Shown here one piece after another: positions 55,101 through 64,000 of a stretch of 64,000 bases of DNA. The DNA is taken from contig OZ037766.1 of assembly GCA_964035545.1 (NCBI GenBank), positions 992,001 to 1,056,000 of the forward strand, given 5' to 3'. The position numbers and the translations under genes are program-made. This DNA comes from Bugula neritina (taxonomy: Eukaryota > Animalia > Bryozoa). Within the stretch, counting starts at the first letter, position 1. Every line of letters begins with the position of its first letter. Under the pieces are notes generated by a model. The model was not told where the DNA came from and searched no databases. It was given only the letters and a program-made list of their open reading frames with translations.

Positions 55101-58100
55101 TTGTAGACGGTGTGAGATACTCGTGTCACGGCGAAGGTAGAGACTATCTGGAATCATTATGTATGAAGTTGCCCGAAAAAGAATGCCTACCCACAATTGA
55201 GTCACCCGTTCAGCCCTGTGGCGAGCATGAGTTTTCTTGTGGGGACGGTCAGTGCATTCCAGGTCTGGGGGTTTGCAACAATAAGTACGAGTGTCTCAGT
55301 GGAGCCGACGAAGAAGAATGGTACGTGATTTTTTATGATCGAGGTTGACAGGTAGACTGTGGAATTTGTGCAAATATTTTTTCATAATATGTCAGAAGTT
55401 CAAAACATAAGTTTTTTATTTGAGCAGGCAAATCTAAACATTGCGTTTTATTGTGTCTTTGCAGCGACGCCAAATGCTCAGCAGAAGTTCCAGCCGAGTG
55501 TGCCGAATTCATCCCATATACAACTTATCCCAACAAGTTGTTTAATCTAACCACAGAAGATGAATATGGGAACTTTTCAGCGTCTATAGAGATGATTCTG
55601 AGGAATAACTGTACAGATGTTGATGAGTACTGGGCAACATGGGGTGTATGCAACATGATGTTTCCACGCTGTCTTCTAGGATTTGAACTTCAGCTGTGCA
55701 GAAATACTTGTCTTGGTATGTGCTGGAATTGACTATTGTTTTTTCATAGATAACTCGGCTCACTGGGCCAACGGATGGATTACATCGCCAATGTTCAAAT
55801 GCAATGCGATGCATCGTCAGAGTTTACAATAGCTTCACCATGAAACGCTTGCTTGTGGCCTTCTTTCAAAAGCAAACAGTCAGTTTAATAAATTTTTTTA
55901 TAACAAATTTTCTAGAAAACATTGTTGAGGTTAGGTTTTTTGAATGTTGTAGACGGTGTGAGATACTCATGTCACGGCGAAGGTAGAGACTATCTGGAAT
56001 CATTATGTATGAAGTTGCCCGAAGAAGAATGCCTACTCGCAATTGAGTCACCCGTTAAGCCCTGTGGCGAGCATGAGTTTTCTTGTGGCGATGGGCAGTG
56101 CATTCCTGACATCAAGCTGTGTGATGGCACATTTGATTGTTGTGATTTCTCCGATGAGTCTCAATGGTACCTAATATGTATTTCTTCTCCAGCTCCCAAC
56201 ATTTCTGTTTATATGTCATGAATTGTGGTGCTGTTTTTTTCCTTGGTTCTAATCTCAGCAATTTGATCATACAGTCCTTTTTCATATCAATATTTTTTTT
56301 GTGCCATTTCAAACATCTATCGGCTGTCTGCTTTTCCATCTCAACTTGCATATATGCAAGTGCCAACAGCCTGCCACATTTTTCCCGCATTCTCTCTGGC
56401 CTTGTCTTGCTGTTCATTCAACCTGTTCTTCTTGATGTTCGATATTATATGTTATATAATTCTTTTTTCAGCCCAACCCTCTGTTCCGAGAATGTCTTGC
56501 AAGAATGCAGTCCGTTTGTTTCCTACACTACCCACCCTAACACAATGTTTGGTCTGAATTCAACAGAAGATTATGAGACTTTTGCAGCATCAATCAAAAC
56601 CATCCTTCAGAACAATTGCTCTGGATTTGATTTTTCCCATAGTACACGGGGTGTTTGCCTCATGATGTATCCACTCTGTCTTCTTGGTTATGAGCTTCCC
56701 TTGTGCAGACACGTATGTTTAGGTAGGTATTACAAACAAAGATACATCACAGCTGTTCAAACAGGTCTATTCTCATCAGTCACACTTGTCAAAAATGGGA
56801 AGCCTTTCATCTTGGTTCAGACATGTGTTGTTGCACATTTATATAGTGCGATTACTCTCTGCAGAACTCAATCATTTATCTCTTTTGTCTGAATTCCTTA
56901 GACAATCTATTCCAGCTATGTTTTATGAATGCCTATAGATGGTGTTCGAGGTATCTGTCATGGCGAAGGTAAAGACTATCTAGAGTCATTGTGTATGAAA
57001 TTGCCTGAAGAGGACTGTTTACCTGAAATTGAGTCACCTGATCATTACTGTGGAGAGCATGAATTCTCTTGTGGTGATGGCCAGTGTGCCGAGACTCTTG
57101 CCGTTTGTGATTACAAGTTTGACTGTCTCAATGGCCAGGATGAGGTGAACTGGTAAGTCATTTATTAATTTATCTCACTCACAGCTTTGTATAGTGGTTA
57201 ACCCAGCAGTTGCCTTTGGCCTTTTTTATTGCATAGCTACTAAAGTTTCCAGCTGTTCAGTTTACTAATTGCATTTCTATCACCTTGATATTATTTCAGT
57301 TCATATTCTAGTTGTCAGCAATTTGCTAGTAATTCTACTCAGCAATACTTCAATTTTGGCTTTCAAAGATACTGTTATGTTCTTTCTTTGAAATTAATTG
57401 TTTTCAGTAGTTAGTTGTTGGTTTCACTTAGTTTGGAAAAATAATGAGAGTAGAGATTATAGCCAAATTACTAGATATGTGCAGAGGTGAACTGCGCAAT
57501 GTTGCAGTCCTCACACCTGGAAGTGTATTAAATCTATTTTCACTTAAACAATGACTTATATTGATACTATCCTCTCAAGTATACTTTATGTCTACAGATC
57601 AAAATTTTATGTCTGTTGTGACAGTACCTATTTTCATATTCGGTATCATAAATGTTCATTCTGACTTAGTAATCCTGCCCTACTACCATGCATGGCAAAT
57701 TTGTTGTTTAAAGCATATAATTTTTTGAGTCAGCCCCTACTTTAAATTTCAATCATGCTAATAATTTTACTCCTACTTACAGCTTGGAAGTGTGCAATAA
57801 CAACATTCCATTCGAGTGCAGCGACGTTATACCATATTCCTCTCAAGCCAACCAGCTTTTCAACTTGAACAATTCCATGCAATATGCAAATTTCTCCAGC
57901 TCTATACAAGTGGCATTCTCCAACTGCTCCGTTGATCCCTATCTCTTGCGATGGGGTGTTTGCAATATTTTGTATCCGAGATGTCTACTTGATTTCGAAT
58001 TATACCTGTGCAGATCCACGTGTTTAGGTAAGTGGTATTCTGAATAAAATCAATAGTTTTTCAACATTATGGTGACTATATTGACACTTATATCTGTGAG

Positions 58101-61100
58101 AAGAAAGCTACACATATCCATTTAGTTTTATGATCTGCAGAAAATCTAGTTTTTATGGTGTATGTAACTAGTTGTACATGTAGATGCATGGTTCACTACC
58201 ATATTATATGTGCAAAATTATTCATTCTTATTTTGGTAATCTGTGTAGTCGGTGCTTTCAAAATCAAGCTCCTGATCATTGTTCTGTTTCTAATGCTTCT
58301 AATGCAGTATTATCAGACGCTGGAGTATAAATATTTTCAATGGTTTTTAGCTGCAGTGGTTCATCGCTTTCATATGCTTTGAAGAACAGTTTAATACCAG
58401 TAATAATTACTTTAGAGCATTATTAGCAACTAATAATGTTATCAGTTTTTTTACCAATAGCATAAAAACGGTTTCAACATACCATTCTTATTATAACTGT
58501 ACATTTAAGTTATCATTAACTGATATTTTAGTCATTATTCCCCCCCCCCCCCCCCAAAGACAATCATTATCACTCCATGATGATCTCTGTAATAGAGGTC
58601 AAAGATCTATTTTTTCATGATATTCTATTTACAATTGGTATAAACAATTTATTTAAAATAAGCTTTATGATGCTTCTATTATTAGTTTTTATACCAAAAA
58701 GTATCCCCTAATTTCTACTAATACTTTCTTTTATTACTTTTCTACTGGTGATACTTCATGAAGCAGTACTGTAAAAGTAAAGCATATTGCATCCAGCATC
58801 TTCTTCATGTTGAAACATCTGAGGCTCGCAGCTGTTCAAATCTCAACCAGTAAAACAACTTGCTGCTCCTACAGTTTTTTTTGTGAAATTATCAAAATTT
58901 ATGCTAACTCTGAAGTGATGCCATTTTTAACTTTTCAAATATCTTTTTGACATTTTATTTTTATCTTGTAAAATATAATGCATGGGTGTCCAAATTGTTA
59001 TACTATTGAAATGTAGTAGATCTCACTTTTTAGTGATACCAAAAGTGTTGACTGTTGAAGGCTTTTAGTCAATTACACTTGCATTTCAACTAAACAAAGA
59101 TTCTGATTTAAAGTGCATATGTATGTATGTGAATCAACATCTTTGTTATTTTAAAGGCAGGTTTAAGTGATTATACTTGAGGGGGCTAGTTTAATTATAA
59201 ACACACCCATTTTGGTCTACTAGGCTATTCACTTCAAATAAGTTGGATTTAGAAGTAATATCATTGATATATTCATTACTGCAGGGATCATGTTAGATAT
59301 GTAATTACCAATAGATTCCATGTGTTGAAATGAGAACTTTTGCCTGTAATTAATTATACTTTTTAGAGACTTATATACTATTCAATATTTTGACAAAAAT
59401 TTAAATTTGAAGGAATCAATTCTTTATTTAGTATTAAAATTGATGTGGCTTATATTTTTTCTTGATTTTGATATCACTGTTGGTAGCAAATAAGTTCAAT
59501 GACACTTTTGATTTGATGATTTAAATAGTCTTTATGGTTGAACCTAATTAAAATTTAAATGAATCTTTATGATTTTTTGCAAAATTTCTTTCAAGTATTA
59601 TTATTAGTTTAAATTGTAATATAAATACAATGCTAGTAGAGGTCTTTTCTATAATCACATTCCTATTGACACTTTTCATACTAATCGTAATACCAATAAT
59701 ATTCAAAGCTATTTAAAAAATGAATAAAACTTGGGAAAATATGATTTAAAATAATATTATTAAGCATTAATGCTTCTGCTTAATCTGGTTATCAGTTTAA
59801 TTAGAATATTTTTGTAAGAATAACTATTATATTTTAATTGACATTAGATGCTTCGTTCTTACTATAAATTATAATAATAGTAAGACTATATCCCTATACT
59901 TGCTGTTATAGTGGTAATTATATAGAAGTAAACACCTAATTTGCTCACTAAAACTGTTTGAATATAATACTAAAGCAAACCAAAACCATTTGATATAACC
60001 AGTCTCTGACGATCACACAGATACTATTGCACTATGACTATGCCGTAAAACTAAATCACAATCGAATAATGTAATTGTAAAATAAATACAAATTGATGGG
60101 TAACAATTATAACATATTTGTTTTTTTTTATAATGATAACACAAGCCATATATCATTACAATTTAAATTCGTAAGTGTTAGTATATCTGTAAGTGTTAGT
60201 ATATCTGTAAGTGTTAGTATATCTGTAAGTGTAAGGATAATATTGAATAATAATGGTATAATTATTTATTTATTACATTCACGATATTGCTATTAGTATA
60301 AGTATTAGTACAATTAGTAATTAGTTACACTTAATCTTATTCAATGCAATAATTATCTGATTAATTCATTGCTGGTAGTAACTAGTAATACTTACCATAT
60401 ACTAGCAGTAAATGTAATACTAATAGTAATACTATAGTAGTACCATTAGTTAGTTACTATCATTATTACTAATAATTATGATAGATTATAATGTCAATAT
60501 TATTAGTATTTAATATTAATACTAATAGTAATACTAATACTAATAGTAATACTTATACTAATGACCTTACAGTTACTATAACTATTAATATTTATATTAG
60601 TAACACTAATACTTATAATACTAATACTAATACTAATGAACGTGACTTAGAGAAACAGAGAAATAGTAATAGTAATAACTTGTGGTTTGTTAGTTGCTTA
60701 TAATTTAAATTATATCTCTTAGTAAATTACTATTAGACTTAATATTTATAACTATAAGTATAAGCTTCCAGTTGCAATAGGAATATTTACTAAGCCCTGA
60801 AGTTGTTGTTGTATGAACATAGTTATTTATATTATTTAGCAATTGTAACTGCATAATCGTAACACATTTATGCATAGTTTTTAATATTTTGTGAAAGAAT
60901 AAAATACCTTTAATTATAGTAATGGTAAGAGCAGTAATTCACCAATGACTATCTCAACGAGCAGTTCAGTCTTCTGTGGCAAGTGATCATGTGATCAATA
61001 TAGTCTATATTGCTACTTCTTATTATTTCGTATAATCTCATGACAAAGTTGATAGTCTATTAGTTTCCAACCACAAATATTTTTAAGATTCGGAGTTGTT

Positions 61101-61322
61101 TCTCCTAAAGAAAGTAATTCCTGAACTGGCAACTTCTTCCAATCACTTATTTTAAAGTTACATACTCTAACACATTATCCGTAATCAATTTATTTTTTAG
61201 ACTTTGTGAACGTGAGTTGCAATGGCACATCAACTGGATATCTCCAAGACATATGCATGCAGTTGCCTGACAAAGATTGTATATCAGAGCCTATTGAATA
61301 TGATTACTTTCTCATTCCCTAA
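4106..61322 (+). CDS. Giant type II membrane protein: cytoplasmic tail-TM-SEA-mucin-SEA-mucin-SEA-(LDLa-Frizzled CRD)x51; ~8,830 aa, 116 coding exons; corin/TTSP-like stem without a protease domain
   Basis: Manual splicing gives one open frame from ATG 4106 to TAA 61320-61322. Every junction is GT-AG and phase-compatible. Domains were recognised from cysteine spacing and motifs; see the sub-features. Confidence 0.8.
5620..5819 (+). CDS. Exon 2, cytoplasmic tail ([26 protein letters not shown]...TSKLNPR)
   Basis: TAG acceptor, GC-richer open frame, and AG|GT donor in phase 2, which completes an AGG codon with the TM exon. Confidence 0.72.
7137..7573 (+). CDS. TM exon 7137-7264 ([42 protein letters not shown]) plus 30-nt microexon 7544-7573 ([10 protein letters not shown])
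   Basis: A basic cluster followed by ~25 hydrophobic residues indicates a type II signal-anchor. Donors are GTATGC and GTAAGA; phases 2-1 and 1-1. Confidence 0.82.
8503..9756 (+). CDS. SEA domain 1; exons 8503-8612, 9066-9136, 9593-9756
   Basis: [24 protein letters not shown]...FC...[22 protein letters not shown] shows the SEA pattern, a Cys pair and a G-S-V-I-V motif. Phases are consistent. Confidence 0.85.
9980..10543 (+). CDS. Thr/Pro-rich mucin exon ([11 protein letters not shown] repeats; 188 codons, phase 1-1)
   Basis: CAG acceptor at 9977-9979, open frame [18 protein letters not shown]...TETVV, GTAAGA donor. The ORF track missed it because it has no start codon. Confidence 0.88.
10677..11389 (+). 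CDS. SEA domain 2; exons 10677-10848, 11196-11389
   Basis: [24 protein letters not shown]...FC...[22 protein letters not shown] shows the SEA consensus with GSIIV. Confidence 0.85.
11397..11540. repeat. Intronic ~17-bp minisatellite (ATAGTGTGTACTACTGT)
   Basis: Visible tandem copies. Confidence 0.85.
11688..12359 (+). CDS. Second mucin exon with 12 x 45-bp (15-aa [15 protein letters not shown]) repeats
   Basis: Corresponds to ORF 11711-12367. CAG acceptor at 11685-11687, GTCAGT donor at 12360; 224 codons, phase 1-1. Confidence 0.9.
12377..12792. mobile_element. Non-autonomous MITE (Tc1/mariner-like, TA target duplication) in an intron
   Basis: Imperfect ~55-60-bp terminal inverted repeats (GACCCTTTTCAGA...TCTGAAAAGGGTC), TA on both sides (12375-76 and 12793-94), and no ORF. 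Confidence 0.75.
12933..13542 (+). CDS. Divergent SEA domain 3; exons 12933-13095, 13379-13542
   Basis: Same Cys pair (HIC...YVGC) and phase-2 junction as SEA1/2. The second exon is 164 nt, like that of SEA1. The motif has degenerated to [12 protein letters not shown]. Confidence 0.7.
13798..15138 (+). CDS. First LDLa (exon 13798-13969) and first, divergent Frizzled-CRD N-part (exon 14894-15138)
   Basis: [35 protein letters not shown], with the last Cys split TG|C across the intron. Then [29 protein letters not shown]. Confidence 0.88.
15300..56107 (+). repeat. ~846-bp tandem array (~48.2 units). Unit: exon A (214 nt; FZ C-part + LDLa), ~144-nt intron, exon B (251 nt; FZ N-part), ~237-nt intron
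   Basis: First exon A is 15346-15559, first exon B is 15704-15954, and the 49th exon A is 55953-56166. I counted 49 A and 48 B copies from the ORF track and the 844-847-bp spacing. Each unit encodes 155 aa with a 10-Cys FZ-CRD ([31 protein letters not shown]) and a 6-Cys LDLa. Confidence 0.97.
56472..58027 (+). CDS. Divergent terminal FZ/LDLa exons 56472-56722, 56939-57152, 57783-58027
   Basis: Same phases and cysteine pattern as the array; sizes 251 and 214 nt match the array and 245 nt matches the first FZ exon. Sequence is diverged and the introns are unique. Confidence 0.9.
60170..60232. repeat. 18-bp tandem repeat (GTAAGTGTTAGTATATCT) x~3.5 within an AT-rich intron
   Basis: Visible; it produces the spurious SVSISV ORF. 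Confidence 0.85.
61201..61322 (+). CDS. Terminal exon completing the 51st Frizzled CRD ([40 protein letters not shown])
   Basis: Strong TTTTTTAG acceptor in phase 1. Clearly homologous to the first half of exon A (SC...YL..CM.LP...C), followed by TAA. Confidence 0.88.
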
Positions 61323-62496
61323 CTTTTCTTAAGCAATCTATTTTAATTTATATTATATTTTGTTTTTATACTTGTGTTCTTTTTTATTATCAAGTACTTT
61401 AATAAGGTTCTATAAAATTTCAAAGAAATTTTTAATTGTTATTTATTTTAGGATTGCCTTCCTAATTTGATTATTTAAGACCTATTTGATTCATTTAAAA
61501 ATTACAATCTTTTGCAGTTTTCAAATATTTTTTCATCATAAAAATACAAATAGTTATCTTATTATAAAATGATTCCTTACAGGTTTTATATAGAATGATA
61601 AATAAGATTGTATAACCATATTTCTAGCAGCTAATAAATTTATGGCTTATTAACTCTCCACATACAGAGTCCATAGCTTGTCTACTAGTTTAGTAGAAAA
61701 CTAATGCAAGTTTATAGTCGTGAGAGACTTCTGATAGAAAGGGTTTTATAGATCGGACTATAAAGGACTTAAATTCATAAGTAGCACAGAAGCAATTATG
61801 ACTGGATGCTCTTCCCAACACCATCAATGGCCTTTACTGGGGAACGGGCCCTGACTTCATGTTTTCTAAGCCAGAGTGCTCTAACCCCTAGAGCAGGCTC
61901 AGCTGTTCTCTTCAATAATACTTAGTAGCCTCTTTCTCTTTTGTCAGCCAGAGAGCACAACTCTGAACTACATCAATTTAGCCTCGAAGATATAACTTAT
62001 AATGAGGGTGTGGTTAATGCCTTTTGTATGTGTTTAATTTTGATAAAAATTTGTAGAAAGAGTAAATCGAAAGAGATTATATAAAAAGAGTGTAGAGAGG
62101 GTAGAAACTGAGTGCGATAATGGGGTTGAAGCTCCTATAGGCAGCCAAGAGAGAACACTGATACACTAACTCCAGGCTGTACAGGATACAGTAGATAATA
62201 AACTTGATAAGTCGATACCAATTTACCTAGTGATCACTGGTAGGCATACGTGTGCATAATAGACAATAAATTGACACAGCTGTAACTTCAATATTTTTTC
62301 TTGTTTTTATAAAGTTAAAAGCGGTGGGTTTGAAGATTTGCTCATAACTTGGAATATATATTTGATACTTGAATAATAATATTTTCTAGCAGCTACATAA
62401 TAAAAAAACATATTACTTTTTTAAAAATACATCCACATATATAAAAGAAATGTATTTTTAATAGTGGATAATTTTATTAGGAAAAAATAATTGAGC

Positions 62497-62574
62497 AACA
62501 TTGTAAATTATTACTTTATTTATTTAAAAACAGGTTACCTTGTTTTTAAATAAATAAAGTAATAATACAATGTT
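62497..62574. repeat. AT-rich inverted repeat with perfect 26-bp arms (62507-62532 / 62541-62566)
   Basis: ATTATTACTTTATTTATTTAAAAACA and its reverse complement are separated by GGTTACCT. Confidence 0.9.
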
Positions 62575-62678
62575 CTTTGTTTGTTTATAATAAGAAATAT
62601 GGAAGAAGTAAGTTTAAAAATACATATCATAATTCAGGTGTAAAGAAATTCTGGTTGATAGTTGTTTGAAAATGTTCC

Positions 62679-63034
62679 TCATTTCTTCTGAAGTGTCAGA
62701 AACCTATTTGCAATGCACAGGCTAAGTTGGAGTTGAGGGGGGGGGCTAACAAACTTGTATTTGATGATGTACTCTGGCCAAACTGAGGAGTCATTAAAAA
62801 CTCCATACATTGTAGGATCGTTGACATCATCCACCACAGAATCATAGTGAATGTGTTCAGATTCTGATTTATAAGGAGCCTGTTTGAGACCTGTATGACC
62901 TTGACAGTAATCTCCTGTGATAACTCTAGCCATAATCATATACTTCTCTCCATCCGGTCCCACTTCTCTGTTCCAGTTATTAGAATATTCAGATGTTGTA
63001 GCAAAGTAGCAGCAAGCTCCGAGCAAGTTTCCAC
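62679..63034 (-). CDS. Last exon of a PARP/ARTD catalytic domain, mono-ADP-ribosyltransferase-like (PARP7/10/11/12/14/15 group)
   Basis: GNLLGACCYFATTSEYS...MIMARVITGDYCQG...AP...YDSVVDDVNDPTMYGVFNDSSVWPEYIIKY is a typical PARP C-terminal motif set. Minus-strand TTAG acceptor at 63035-63038. Upstream exons were not found in the window. Confidence 0.88.
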
Positions 63035-64000
63035 CTAAGATTCAGAACAGAGAAAATCAAAGGGGCTAAAAATGGCTAAAAGACTGCACTCTTTAGACTG
63101 TAAGGTTTTAAGGCTTGCAGCAAGCATCACATTAAGGATAAAAAGAGTAATCTGTAACAACAGTTACAACATTCTTGAAAACACTCTAAGATTTAGACTA
63201 TTACCATATATACTGCCAACACTGAGTACCTAGATCTTGCCGTCAAGGGAACTTACTTACAACAGTAGTAATTTAACCAGTTAACAACTATAGATCAGAT
63301 GTTAGCGCTATTATACATTGTAACACTAGAACTGCCAGAAGTAGAAATAAATGCTCAAAGCAGCAACTACTCATTTGATTCAGAGTGTTGCAAACAAAAG
63401 ATTCTTAGCACTAATACAGTTCAAAAGGTTTAAAGAAAGATTGTCAGCCACTTGAGAGAGTTGGCATCCCGTAGAGTTTACTATAATATCAGCCTGTAAC
63501 AAAGTTCTAATAAATGATGAGCAGCTATATCATCAGCGAAAGCAACTAATCAGTTTAGCAGAACTATGAAATGAAAACTTGAAATTTTTTGTTGTTGTTT
63601 ACTGATATTTTGCTGACTGTTCTGAGATTTAACGTAAATACTATACTAAAAGTGTAATATAATGTAGTGTGGTAGATTTTGGGAGTTTTCATTACTATGT
63701 TCTGACAAGTTCTATTTTTATTTGCATTGTTGTTATAATTAAACACCGTCCCCATAAAGTACGAACCTTTGTTTTGGCCAGGTTTCCCTATAAACTGTAA
63801 AGTTGACATCGTGGTCAAGTTTGAAGCCATTGTCTATTCTCTCTGCTTTATTTGCTGTTTCAAAGGGCTTTTCAAATACCTAAAACAAACTAGGAATAAA
63901 AAGTTGTACGTCCTCCTTTAACGATAAACTTTGAAAACTTTGAAATTATGTAATATGTAGGCTCGCTTGAGTTTATAGCAAAATTCTCCATAAAGTTTTA

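Noticed and set aside
15300-56107. CRISPR array, rDNA/histone cluster or non-coding satellite
   Set aside because: There are no unique spacers and no rRNA or histone similarity. The DNA is eukaryotic and the unit has a coding exon-intron structure.
15346-56166. Dscam-like mutually exclusive exon cassette
   Set aside because: A and B exons alternate with complementary phases and are almost identical, so constitutive concatenation is the simpler reading. A-to-A or B-to-B joins would shift the frame.
15214-56417. Hundreds of short repeated ORFs (MHRIAF..., MTQLRV..., MRCIVR..., MEFVQI...) read as separate small genes or a tandem gene family
   Set aside because: They cross introns or lie antisense, are broken by stops in many copies, and lack signal peptides. 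The units splice into one continuous frame with no internal start or stop.
60093-60703. Small ORFs in the last intron
   Set aside because: They are low-complexity AT-rich simple repeats.
63564-63830. Minus-strand 88-aa ORF as the upstream PARP exon (FMGT resembling FHGT)
   Set aside because: The surrounding sequence has no PARP similarity and I found no convincing splice sites.

Overview
AT-rich, intron-rich animal (probably invertebrate) genomic DNA containing three genes. (1) The last three coding exons of a VAT-1-like medium-chain dehydrogenase/reductase (+, 442-1320). (2) One giant, apparently intact + strand gene (4106-61322), which I spliced by hand into 116 phase-consistent GT-AG coding exons totalling 26,490 nt (about 8,830 aa). 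It encodes a type II membrane protein: a ~110-aa cytoplasmic tail, a TM helix, SEA1, a Thr/Pro mucin tract, SEA2, a 12x15-aa N/O-glycosylated mucin tract, SEA3, and then 51 tandem LDLa + Frizzled-CRD pairs. It ends in a stop codon with no protease domain. About 41 kb of it (15.3-56.1 kb) is a near-identical ~846-bp tandem array of a two-exon/two-intron unit. The array has satellite-like higher-order structure and no frame-disrupting change in any exon. (3) The terminal exon of a mono-ADP-ribosyltransferase-type PARP (- strand, 62679-63034). The window also holds several minisatellites, a TA-flanked MITE and AT-rich palindromes. Most ORFs in the supplied track are artefacts of unspliced repeats.
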